Assembly: GCF_030684315.1 (NCBI RefSeq)
Contig: NC_081360.1
Span: 43,967,424-44,031,423, forward strand
From: Stegostoma tigrinum
Lineage: Eukaryota
DNA: 64,000 bases
Reading direction: 5' to 3'
Below the pieces are notes generated by a model that was not told the origin of the DNA, ran no database searches, and saw only the letters and a list, made by a program, of their open reading frames with translations. The translations under genes and the position numbers were made by a program. Positions within the stretch are counted from its first letter, which is position 1; each line of letters starts with the position of its first letter. Below, piece by piece: positions 38,101 to 50,100 of the stretch.

Positions 38101-41081
38101 TATCTAGCCAGTGTGCTCAGGTACATTAAATGGAGTTTAGCAGCTTCCCATGTTCAGGCTAGAAACATTGAACAGATAACCCCAAACGTTAACACTCACA
38201 TTGGCTAGACAATAGAAGAAAAATATGGTGGTGTATTAATTCCAACACAGATAACTTCACGCAGTCGATAATAGTGATTCCAGATACATGTCTCACAACT
38301 TTAAACACAACAGGAATCTTCTTGCTTCTGAAATAATGGGAACTGCAGATGCTGGAGAATCCAAGATAACAAAGTGTGAAGCTGGATGAACACAGCAGGC
38401 CAAGCAGCGTCTCAGGAGCACAAAAGCTGACGTTTCAGGCCTAGACCCTTCATCAGAGAGGGGGATGGGGAGAGGGTTCTGGAATAAATAGGGAGAGAGG
38501 GGGAGGCGGACCGAAGATGGAGAGAAAAGAAGATAAGTGGAGAGGAGAGTACAGGTGGGGAGGGAGGGAGAGGATAGGTCAGCCCAGGGAAGACGGACAG
38601 GTCAGGGAGGCGGGATGAGGTTAGTAGGTAGGAAATGGAAGTGCAGCTTGAGGTGCGAGGAAGGGATGGGTGAGAAGAAGAACAGGTTAGGGAAGCGGGG
38701 TCAGGCTGGGGTGGTTTTGGGATGCAGTGGCGGGTGGGGACGAGCTGGGCTGGTTTTGGGATGTGGTGGGAGAAGGGGAGACTTTGAAGCTTGTGAAGTC
38801 CACATTGATACCATTGGGCTGCAGGATTCCCAAGCGGAATATGAGTTGCTGTTCCTGCAACCTTCGGGTGGCATCATTGTGGCACTGCGGGAGGCCCATG
38901 ATGGACATGTCATCTGAGGAATGGGAGGGGGAGTTAAAATGGTTCGCGACTGGGAGGTGCAGTTGTTTATTGCGAACCGAGCGGAGGTGTTCTGCAAAGC
39001 GGTCCCCAAGCCTCCGATTGGTTTCCCCAGTGTAGAGGAAGCCACACCGGGTACAGTGGATACAGTATACCACATTAGCAGATGTGCAGGTGAACATCTG
39101 CTTAATATGGAAAGTCATCTTGGGGCCTGGGATGGGGGTGAGGGAGGAGGTGTGTGGGCAAGTGTCGCACTTCCTGCGGTTGCAGGGGAAGGTGCCGGGT
39201 GTGGTGGGGTTGGAGGGGAGTGTGGAGCGAACAAGGGAGTCACGGAGAGAGTGGTCTCTCCAGAGGGCAGACAAGGGTGGGGATGGAAAAATGTCTTGGG
39301 TGGTGGGGGCGGATTGTAGATGGCGGAAGTGTTGGAAGATGATGCATTGTATCCGGGGGTTGATGGGGTGGTGTGTGAGATCGAGGGGGATCGTCTTGGG
39401 GTGGTTGTGGCGGGGGCGGGGTGTGAGGGATGTGTTGCGGAAAATGCGGGAGACGCGGTCAAGGGCGTTCTCGACCACTGCAGGGGGAAAGTTGCGGTCC
39501 TTGAAGAAAGTGGACATCTGGGATGTGCAGGAGTGGAATGCCTCATCCTGGGAGCAGATGCAGCGGAGGCGGAGGAATTGGGAATAGGGGATGGAATTTT
39601 TGCAGGAGGGTGGGTGGGAGGAGGTGTATTTTAGGTAGCTGTGGGAGTCGGTGGGCTTGAAATGGACATCAGTTTCTAGCTGGTTGGGAACCCTGCAGCC
39701 CAATGGTATCAATGTGGACTTCACAAGCTTCAAAATCTCCCCTTCCCCCACCGCATCCCAAAACCAGCCCAGCTCGTCCCCTCCCCCCACTGCATCCCAA
39801 AACCAGCCCAGCCTATCCCCGCTTCCCTAACCTGTTCTTCCTCTCACCTATCCCTTCCTCCCACCTCAAGCCGCACCTCCATCTCCTACCTACTAACCTC
39901 ATCCCGCCTCCTTGACCTGTCCGTCTTCCCTGGACTGACCTATCCCCTCCCTACCTCCCCACCTATACTCTCCTCTCCACCTATCTTCTTTTCTCTCCAT
40001 CTTCGGTCCGCCTCCCCCTCTCTCCCTATTTATTCCAGAACCCTCTCGCCATCCCCCTCTCTGATGAAGGGTCTAGGCCTGAAATGTCAGCTTTTGTGCT
40101 CCTGAGATGCTGCTTGACCTGTTGTGTTCATCCAGCTACACACTTTGTTATCAAGGAATCTTCTTGCTGCTCTTTCTAACTTATGGTACTGCTGTTTCCC
40201 ATTCCCAGTTGCCTTGAACTACTCCCTATGTATACTAGATGGTTAACTGTGACAGTTAATATCCTATTCTCCTGATTGTAAGTGGCATCACTCAAGCTGT
40301 ATAGGACAAGCTTTGGGTTCCTTGGTTCTTTCCATGATCATGGTTACCAGCCATCAGCAACACTACAGTAATGTACTTACGTCAGATATGATTTGTCTGG
40401 ATAGCATGGAAAACAATACTTCTAATTATATCTCGAAACATGTGATGTTAATAAATCAAGTCAAGTGATCCTGTAAAGAAAATATATGCCAGACATCAGT
40501 AATCACCAGTTAGTTCTTATTAATCTTTGAGTCTGTATGCCTTGATTTACATCCAGTTTTGCCATCTGCCTTTCCCTTCCATGTACAGAGTCCTTGTCAG
40601 CAAAATGGTAAGCCTGGTTTTAGAAGTAAGACCTAACCATTCTTTAACCCCCTACAATCCATCTTGCAAAGTCATGAAATTTGAGCACACAGATATCATG
40701 CGCACAAAAAAAGTCATTGGTCCCGCATAAAACAGAGTCATACATGCTTTTAAGGAAGAAGACCAAATAAGTAACGACACTCTCAACAACAAATTGCTTT
40801 AAAGCCAGCTATAACACATAACATAGTGTGACACAGGGATAATGGGAACTGCAGATGCTGGAGAATCCAAGATAATAAAATGTGAGGCTGGATGAACACA
40901 GCAGGCCAAGCAGCATCTCAGGAGCACAAAAGCTGACGTTTTGGGCCTAGAAGGGTCTAGGCCCGAAACGTCAGCATTTGTGCTCCTGAGATGCTGCTGG
41001 GCCTGCTGTGTTCATCCAGCCTCACATTTTATTATTATAGTGTGACACAGGTACTGCTTTGCAAACACACTGTTAGAAGAT

Positions 41082-41112
<31 letters not shown>

Positions 41113-44100
41113 CTGCCTCTCAATCCACAACAAAACACATCATTTGTTTCAACACATTGTTATGGAATCGGCAGCAACCTTTCACAGTCAGTTTTTTAGG
41201 GGTGTTCTGAATTAGGGTGATATATATCCACTTTTTTGTGGACTTTAGTTCATGATGCCGGCATGGTCATTTCATCCCAGGTAACTCATGCCTTTCTTCT
41301 CTTTCTCTGGTGGGACTGAGTATGGCCCCCCAGTTTAGGGTAGCCAGCAACAAATCTCTTATTTCTCATCGAACTGTGGTGGCCTCCGATGTGTATGGGA
41401 CAGTAAATTTCTTTTCCAACACTCCAAAAATCCTATCACTTATGCTTGGTACAGAGCCCTTTCTCCCAGTTGGTAGCAAAGCACAACTGATCCCTTGCTT
41501 TTGCAGTAACTTACCTCTGAAGTTACCACTGATTCTGTTACATAAGCGTGGCCTGCTGTTTGGTTATGACTACAAAACTTAGTGGCCGTCCTGCTATCTC
41601 TCTCTCTCCTTGCCTTAGCTTCGTTAAACTATTGCTTCAACCAATCTTGTCTTCCACTCTCTTTTCCCCTTACTCGATATATCCACACAATGTCTTCAGG
41701 AACTCCACTTTCCCAGCCCACCAACCTTCTATATGTTTATGTTATTCTACCCCTCATTTATCCCTTTCCTTCTGTGGAAGTCTGTTTGCCTATCAACTAT
41801 CCCTGTCTTCCTAATTTCTGCAATTCTCATTGCAATTGGCTACACTTTAATCCCCGGTGCTCATTCTTAGACTGATGGGCCAACAGTTCCATATGTTTTC
41901 AGTTCTCTTTCTGGGAGACCCCTTTGTTCACTGTTCTGTCTCACTGACTGGCTTGTTTGAAAATTGTGCAACATGTACCCAGCATAGAAATTCCAATAAC
42001 TTAAACTTTTGTTCTTTTCTCAGAGCTGCTTCTTTTAACTTGCAGCAATTGAAGACAACTTAACTGTTCAGACAAACTTCAAGGACTTTACACTGATCAT
42101 CAAATAAAGCAATTATAACACCAACATGGACTCTCTATAATTCATGTACACACATATACCAGCAATCTAGGCCACTGTGGTGCTTCAAACATAATTCTTA
42201 AGAAATCTAACTTCTCTTTGACTCTGGTCTGAGTTTGTTTTGCCACTGATTCTATGACTGGGTTTTAGTATTGTTTCTGGACTTGTTTTATGAAGTATTA
42301 ATTATAACCATCTCCCTGTTTACCTTGCCCATTTGCTGGGTATCTCACTTGATATTCTGTTTCTCTGGTGACTCTCCAAGATTCCAGGTTTTCTTATCTA
42401 TCAATTTCCTCAGTATTGTCAATCAGGAGCTTTAGTTAATACAACAAAGAACTGCAGTTGTTGGAGATCCGTAACAAAAACAGAAATTGCTGGAGAAACT
42501 TAGCAGACCTGGCAGCATCTGTGGGGAGAAAACAGAGTTAACATTTTGAGTTCAGTGGCACATCCATTCTGGTGATGAACCACTGGACTCAAAATGTTAA
42601 CTAGGAATTTTGGTTGGCCTATTTGGTTCCGAAATAAAGATGCTAGCGATAGACATTGACTTATAGAGTCATAGAGATGTACAGTATGGATATAGACCCT
42701 TTGGTCCAACTTGTCCATGTTGACCAGATATCCTAAATTAACCATAGACAACAAGGTGCAGAGCTGGATGAACACAGCAGGCCAAGCAGCATTTAGAAAG
42801 AAGGGTCTAGACCTGAAATGTCAGCTTTCCTGCTCCTCTGATGCTGCTTGGCCTGCTGTGTTCATCCAGTTCTACACCTTGCTGTCTCAGATTCTCCAGC
42901 ATCAGCATTTCCTACTATGTCTCCTAAATTAATCTAGAATGATTTGCCAGCATTTGCCCCATTGGCCTCAAAACCCTTTCTATTCATATACCCATCCAGA
43001 TGTCTTTTAAGTGCTATGTGGAAAAAATTGCCCTTTAGGCCCCTTTTAAATCTTTCCCCTCACACCTTAAACCTATGCCCTCTAGTTTTGGACTCCCCCC
43101 ATCCCAGGGAATAAAGCCTTGTCTGTATACCTTGTCCATGCCCCTCATGATTTTATAAACCGCTATAAGGTCATCCCTCAGCCTCTGATACTCCAGGGAA
43201 AATAGGCCCAGCTTATTCAGTCTATCACTTTAGGTCAAACCAAACCTGGCAACATTCTTATAAATCTTTTCTGAACCCTTTCAAGTTTCACAACATCCTT
43301 CCTGTAGCAGGAGGACCAGAATTGCATGGAGTATACAGATCTCAATAAAAATATACAATCAAAAAGAACCCACTCGACTGAATATTGTAGATTTACAAAA
43401 TAAAGCAGTAAGGTTACACTTTAAAACTAGCCACTTGGCTGCTTCTCTGCTACAAGCTCCCCTGCACAGTTTTCTCCAAAGTCAGCTATGAACGAAACGT
43501 CAGCGTTTGTGCTCCTGGGATGCTGCTTGGCCTGCTGTGTTCATCCAGCCTCACATTTTATTATCTTGGAATCTCCAGCATCTGCAGTTCCCATTATCTA
43601 TGAATTTTGCTGTCTGTTTTTCTTAGATGACTACGCTGTCTACAGATAATTGAAATCAAACAGCAGAGACAGCCAACCATGCAGACTTACTGCAGGGTCA
43701 GACAGCAGTGCATGTTCCTTTCTCTGTTTGATTCACTTTCCATGGGTCACTCCCTTTGTCTCTCATCCTCCTTTTTAAGGTGCCATTGTTTTGATCTTTT
43801 TTCCAAACCTCCAAATCAATGCAACAGCTTATAAAACAGTTGTTACTTCTCCTAAAATTCAAGGAAATCAGCTCCAACATTGAAAATACTTCAAAAAAGG
43901 TGCAGTTCTTACAGCTACGATGTTTTCTGGTCCTCCATCTTGGATTACCCAGAATCCTCCTTCTGTATGTTTCAACTCATCACTACCTTGAGTTTCTCAA
44001 TGTTATTCTTATGGCAATACTTTGTCCCTGGCCCCTGCCCTTTAATGATTCTGACATCAGTCACAGAATAGCTTGGATCACGCTCACATTCCGATCACTT

Positions 44101-47100
44101 AATCTGAACAATCAACATCCTTTCTCCCCAGGCACGCTACACTCCACCACCCCGCCTCCCTTCCCCCACCTATAGTATAACTGCTACCCTCTCTGTACTT
44201 CACGTCAGCTCTGATGAAGAGTTATCTAGATTCGTCAGCTTGCTGTCTCTCCATGGGTCTCCTGACGCACTGTGATCTCCAACATTTATTGTTTTTAGCT
44301 TGGACGTACCCATCTGGTGATTTTGGCTGACCTGTTGTGCAAAAGTTCATATGTCCCCTGACAGCTGTCAGCTCCATTTCAATACCCCTTATTCCAATCT
44401 GTCTACTGTACAACATTTCTGACCCTGTTTGCAACTCTTTACCCTGGCACATGCTTTGCTCACTCAGCAGGCAAGTCTCCGGACGTTGGTTCTTTGCTGC
44501 CCACTTGAATTACCAGCCCCATGACGCTGAGGTAAGCCTTCCATAATTATGGGTGATAAAACAAACATACTCTCAAGCACTGACTTACTGTCTCCTCACA
44601 CAGTGGTCCCAATGTGGCGTATCCCCCTCTGTCATCATATCTATGGGTTAGGGTTCAGCCCAGTAACCAAAAGCACCTCGAGAGTTGTATGTCTCGTTCA
44701 AAACAAGTGACCTGTATTAGATACAAACATGTAGGGAGACATCCTTGTCTCACGAATGATTGCAGGGGTGCTACAGTAAAATATTCGATTAGTCAATTTA
44801 TACAGTTACAGATGTTCGTTTGCCTTACTATTTTTTAATTACTTCATCTCCCCACTTTATTCTCTTCCCTTATCTGCTTCCTCGTGGTTAGGCTATACAC
44901 CCATTTCTTCGTGTCTCACAGGCAAACTTCAGTCACTTAAGATTTATGCTGGGCATTCTCTGATCCTCTTACACCAGTTTCCCCTCAGAGCTGTCACGTA
45001 CTAAGTAGGTGAATTCGTAGCTTGTATTTGAGGTTTTCAGTGAAATTTTATTGATTCAGTGGTTTAGTGTTTCTGAAGTCTGAATGTCCTATTGAGGGTA
45101 CCTTCTTGAAACATCTATAAAAGCACTATCAAGCTAGTTAGTCATACCTTTTTCCTTTTGATGTTGAAAGTAAAGCCTGACAAATTTATATAATATAGCC
45201 TCCTTAGAGACTACTTGCAGAGAACCAACCGTTGTTTTACCTCACTGTTTTGGAAACAGTATAGCTCACTTGACCAAGGGAAGACAGTATCATAATTAGC
45301 AAGGCATCCAAAATGTAGAGTGTCAGCTGCCAATACTGGGCTCTGCTTTACAAACCTCACACATTGCGCTTGACGACTGATTTTCCTGCTGTTTATTTAT
45401 ATGCTTGAATAATCATCATGGTATCTTCTTAACATGTTGTGTATGGTTGCTTCCATGCTGCTGTATTAAATGTAGCACGCCAAGTTAATGGGAAAAACAC
45501 AGTTATAAAAAGACAATATCCTGGAAAAACTGTGGCAATAACTGTGGAGAGGCAAATGGTTAATATTTCAAGTAGTGGTATAAATGTCATGAGTTTATGC
45601 TGTTTAAGATAGGAGATGGGGTAGAACGAAAGGCAAGATTTAGGATAGAGTAGACAGGAGAGATTAAATAACAAAGATGTCATGGAACAAAAAGCAAAGG
45701 AAATGGTAATGGTTGCAGCAGAAAAGTAAAGTATTGTTTCAGTGTAGATGTTAATGGCTCACTCATATAAGGAACAAGAATGAGAGGGCATAGATTTAAA
45801 GTGATGTGCTAAAGAAGCAAGGGTGATGTAAGAAAAACAGCTTTTCCACTCAGCAAGTATGATGTGGAGGTGAACATCACCTGATGAAGGGGCTATGCTC
45901 TGAAAGCTTGAGATTTCATATAAACGTGTTGGCCTATAACCTGGTGCCATGCGACTTCTGACTCAGCAAGTAGGGTATGGAATACACTGCCTAGAAATGT
46001 GGCAGTCACATTCCTTCGAGCATTCAAGAAAGCACTGGATGATTATTTAGAGTGAGAAATAGCATTCAAGGGTATAGGGGAAAAGCAGGAGATTAGAAAT
46101 AGGTAATGTAGCTAGTTTGAAGAGCTGGTGCAGACCGATGGGCTGAGTGGCCTTCTACACCATAACAATTCTGTGACTTTTTTTCTGCAATAGAGATCAG
46201 CTAAGTATGAGAGCGAAAAAAAAAGAAAACCATGCACACCATTTGGCAAAGAAAAAGGATAAAAATAGGGACAGAATTCATGGCCTAACACTGTTGGATT
46301 CAGTTTTGAATTCAAAAGACTGAAATGTCTAACTGAATGATGATTTGGAATTCCTCGAGCTTCACAGGAACAGTGGTGGATTGGCCATGCTAAGTTGCCC
46401 ATAGTATCCAAGGATGTACAGATTAAGTGGCTTATAGGAGTAGGGGTCTGGGTGGAATGCTCTGAGGGTTGGTGTGGACTTGTTGGGCCAAAGGGCCTGT
46501 CTCCCCGCTGTAGGGATTCTATGATTCTATGAGTGCAGGAAGACAAGGACCGAAATGTAAGAACGAGGGAAAGGTGGTGAATTAAACTGCCAAGGTAAAC
46601 GGACAGTGTAAGATCAGAATCATATCTAGGGACTGACACTACAATTAGTTGTGCAGTTATGCTTGTTACAGAATGTAGGGTGCGATTTGAAATTGAGATT
46701 CAATTCTATGATCAAGTTGCGCTCTCCCAGTTAGAACGGACTTAACTCTAATAATGAAAATTGGCTGCACTGACTCAAAATATTTGTGAGTTCCTCTAAC
46801 ATAAGGATACATTTAAGCCTCGAATAAACTGCGATTTGGTTTTCATACAATGATTTCATGTTGTATGCAGACAGCTGTGGGATATGGGTATGGCTCGCTG
46901 GGCCAGCATTTTGCCCATCCCTAATTACCCTTCGGAAGGTGGTGGTGAGCTGCTTTCTTGAAGCGCTGCACTTCTTTTGTTGCGGGTAGACCCGCAATGC
47001 CATTCGGGAGACGATTTCAGGGTCTCGACCCAGCAACAATGACAGACAATAAAATGTGAGGCTGGATGAACACAGCAGGCCAAGCAGCATCACAGGAGCC

Positions 47101-50100
47101 CATTTATTTCCGAGTTAGGATTGTGGGAGACTTGAAGGGGGCTTGCAGGTTGTGGTGTTCCCGTGTACTATTCAGCTTAAGAATAACATGAGAAGATTGT
47201 TCTGTCGTTGGGTGATGAGGATAAGTCTTGTCAGTTCAAAACTTTTAATCTATTGCTAGAAAATCCGGCTGAATGAAGATTGGACTTGGTTTGATTTATT
47301 GAAGTAGCTCAAAACAGGAAGGTTTGAATTCATAATTCGCATTTCATAGCATTCTGATACCATGCATTAAATTAATGTAAATTCAATTATTCTATTTTTA
47401 TTACCTTTGTCACAAAGCTGATGTATTTAAGCTGCTTGTGAGTACATTCTGTCCCTATTCATGAGTACGCAAACTGAGGCATTACTTGTGAAAATACTGT
47501 TGTAAATGAATGCAATAGCTTCTTGCTGAAATTTCATTCATTGCTTTTTTCAGAGAAATGAAAGCTTGAATTTAAATTTGCAACAGTCAGTAAATATAGT
47601 TGAAAATACGATTGATCAACTAAACAAGAGAAACCTTGCTCTCACTGATCGGTGGACAAATTACCAACTTGATTTAAATCAAATACAATCTGTCAAAAAG
47701 CAATGGAAGAAATTCAAAGAACAACTTAAAAAGGTAAGATATAGCTGAACAAATGATAATTGAAACATCATAATCATTACTTATTAAACTTTTGTTCGCT
47801 TGCACATAGCAGCTTTCTTCAATTATTTTTTTCATTGGCTTGTTCATTAGTGTCTGGAAATGTGTTATCTCTGGAAATATTGTGTAACTGCAGTAAATTA
47901 TAATATTTTATTCATTTGTACATTTGCGCTTGGCCATGCTGGACTCGCACTCCTCACAAGGACTTGATTGTCACAGCTTTGGGCTTGACCTCACTGCTTT
48001 ATCATCCTTTCAATGCCTTGCAGTCTGCTCCTGCTCTCTCCAACACCGCCCCAACCCCCAGCCTCCCCGGGCAGCCTGCTCCCGCTCCTGCTTCCTTCCC
48101 CGCCACCCTCCTCCCTGGGCTGCCTGCTACAACTCTTACATCCGTCCCCACCAGCCTCCCTGGGCAGCCTGCTCCTGCCCTCTCTGCCAGTTGCCCCAGA
48201 CTCCATTTGGAAGCATTGAGAGGGTCTAACAACTGAGTAGAACCTCGTTATACTTTGGCAGAAACACCCTAGAGGATGGTCTTTCCCCATTGCACCTTAG
48301 CAGGTGTTGCCCCACACTTTAGTCTGCCCCTCAGCACGTAGTCCTTGGCTTTGGAAAGTGCCAGTCTGTAACACTCGGTCGAGGTCAATTCTACACTGGA
48401 CGATCCACAAGTTTGATGCAGAGCTTCTTTCACTGAGTTAATGGTCTTCCAGCTGCAGTCAATGTTTATCTTCGTGTGTGTGCCAGGAAACAACCTGGAG
48501 ACAACAGAGTTCTGCATCATGGAGCTGCTCAGGGACACACCTTGACAAAAAACACTGCATCTCTCTCCAAACCTCCTTGGCAAAAGCACATTCCAGCAGG
48601 AGATGTGATCAGTCCCTTCACCAGCACATCAGCTGCGAGGGTAGCATATGGTGGCACACAGAGTCTGCTCGTGCACAAAGACAAACAGTGACCTTCTCAC
48701 CACCATGGCCAAGCTACATCTTGGTGCTTATTGGAACGTTCTGGAGATGATGCATTCTGCCAAATGGCTTTGATAGTCTGCTCAGGGAGCCAGGCAACCG
48801 GATTTATCCTCTCCTTTTCTCACAGGGGCTCAAGGATGCTATGTGCTGACCACTTCCTGATGGACTTGTGGTCAAAGGTGTTTTGTTTGCAAATTTTCCC
48901 ATGAGCAATAGGTGATGCGGAATGTCCCAATTACTTGGAGCGTTCTGCAGCACCAAGGCCAGACCTATCCTTCGCAACACTAGGGAAGGTTGGACCTTGG
49001 TATTTGTGTCAAAAGAGTGACTAGAAACAGTGAAAGAATGTCAGGATGGTGTTTGAGTAAGAGGGAAATTTACAGGTTGTGCTGCTCCTTCCCTTGTCCA
49101 TCTAAGTGATTACTGTTGAGAGTTTAAAAAGTGCTGTTGAAGAAGCCTTGATGAGTTGCTATAGTCCAACTTGCTGTTAGTAGACGCTGCTGCTATTATT
49201 TGCTGCCGATTTGGAATTAGCGGTGATGTGTAAATGTTTAAGGTCGAGGATGGGTGATATGAATGAAGCGGGTTCCATTTTCTTGGATGATGTAGACATT
49301 CTTAAGTGTTGATGGAGTTGCATTCATTAAGACAAATAATGACGACCTTATCATATTCCTGGCCCTATGTAGTGTATATGGTGGACAGGCTTTGGGGAGG
49401 CCAGACATGAATTACTTGCTATAGATTTCCCAGCCACAGTACTGATGTGGCAGGTCCAGTTAAATTTCTGGCTAGTAGCCACCCTTCAAGAGGTTGACAG
49501 TAGGGCATTCAGAAGCAGTAATGTTATTGAAATTCCAGGGGAATTTTTTTTTGTCAGTCTGACTCAACCATGCTGTTATGAATATATATTCATATTTAAC
49601 TTAAAAATCCATTATTGGGGCCACCAATATTGGGGAATAACCTCCTGACCTCATCCTCACCGATCTGCCTATTGATTGATGCATCTGTCCAAGACAATAC
49701 TGGCATTGTCATCATTTCACGATTTCACTAAGTCATTTCACTATTTTCATGGAGTCTAAGTCTTGTCTAAACACTGTATACATCCTCCATTATCTTGTGT
49801 GGCACTACCATACAACTAAATTAAGAACAGATCTGGTAACTCAAAACCCAATATTCATGGGATACTGTGGTCAACACCAGAACTGTGTTTCAGCACAACC
49901 TGTAAACTCACGGCCAGCATATTACTCACTCTTCCATCTCTAACTTTGGTTCAATGAATAATGTGGAAGGATACACTGGAACCAACAGCAGCCAACCTTG
50001 AAAGTAAGCTTGACAACCTAAGCAAAATACATTTGAGGGCTACAGAAATGTCGTACTGGAAAAGTGGCCTATTGCTATATGCAATCTCACTACTACGTTA

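Larger units (their letters stand above)
38330..40153 (-). mobile_element. Truncated palindromic Penelope-like element (thumb, GIY-YIG and pLTR plus inverted 469-bp copy)
   Basis: ORF 38687..39790 nearly identical to the C-terminal half of the 18511 ORF; 39684-40152 inverts 38365-38833; TSD aggaatcttcttgct at 38312-38326 and 40154-40168. Confidence 0.95.
36347..45182 (-). mobile_element. Decayed LTR retroelement/ERV-like provirus with gag-like and env-like remnants, heavily interrupted
   Basis: Diverged direct repeats starting at 36347 and 44640 (ccagtaaccaaaa...gttcaaaa.aagtgacct and further blocks); Leu-type PBS-like 44621-44637; PPT-like at about 36999-37005; outer right boundary uncertain. 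Confidence 0.6.

Noticed and set aside
39687-39790. N-terminal part of the 367-aa ORF
   Set aside because: Antisense translation of the inverted arm, not a novel domain.
34215-41035. Hairpins as DNA-transposon MITEs, CRISPR repeats or terminators
   Set aside because: The arms are Penelope pLTR sequence, TSDs vary in length (7-17 bp), an asymmetric tail is present, and the context is eukaryotic.
18143-45972. Penelope target preference for CR1 sequence
   Set aside because: Several insertions sit in CR1 fragments, but repeats cover much of the window and the TSDs share no consensus, so chance is sufficient.
47916-48290. Pro/Ala-rich ORFs as an extra exon or gene
   Set aside because: Low-complexity imperfect repeats next to a Tx1-like fragment; exons 11 and 12 already join in frame.
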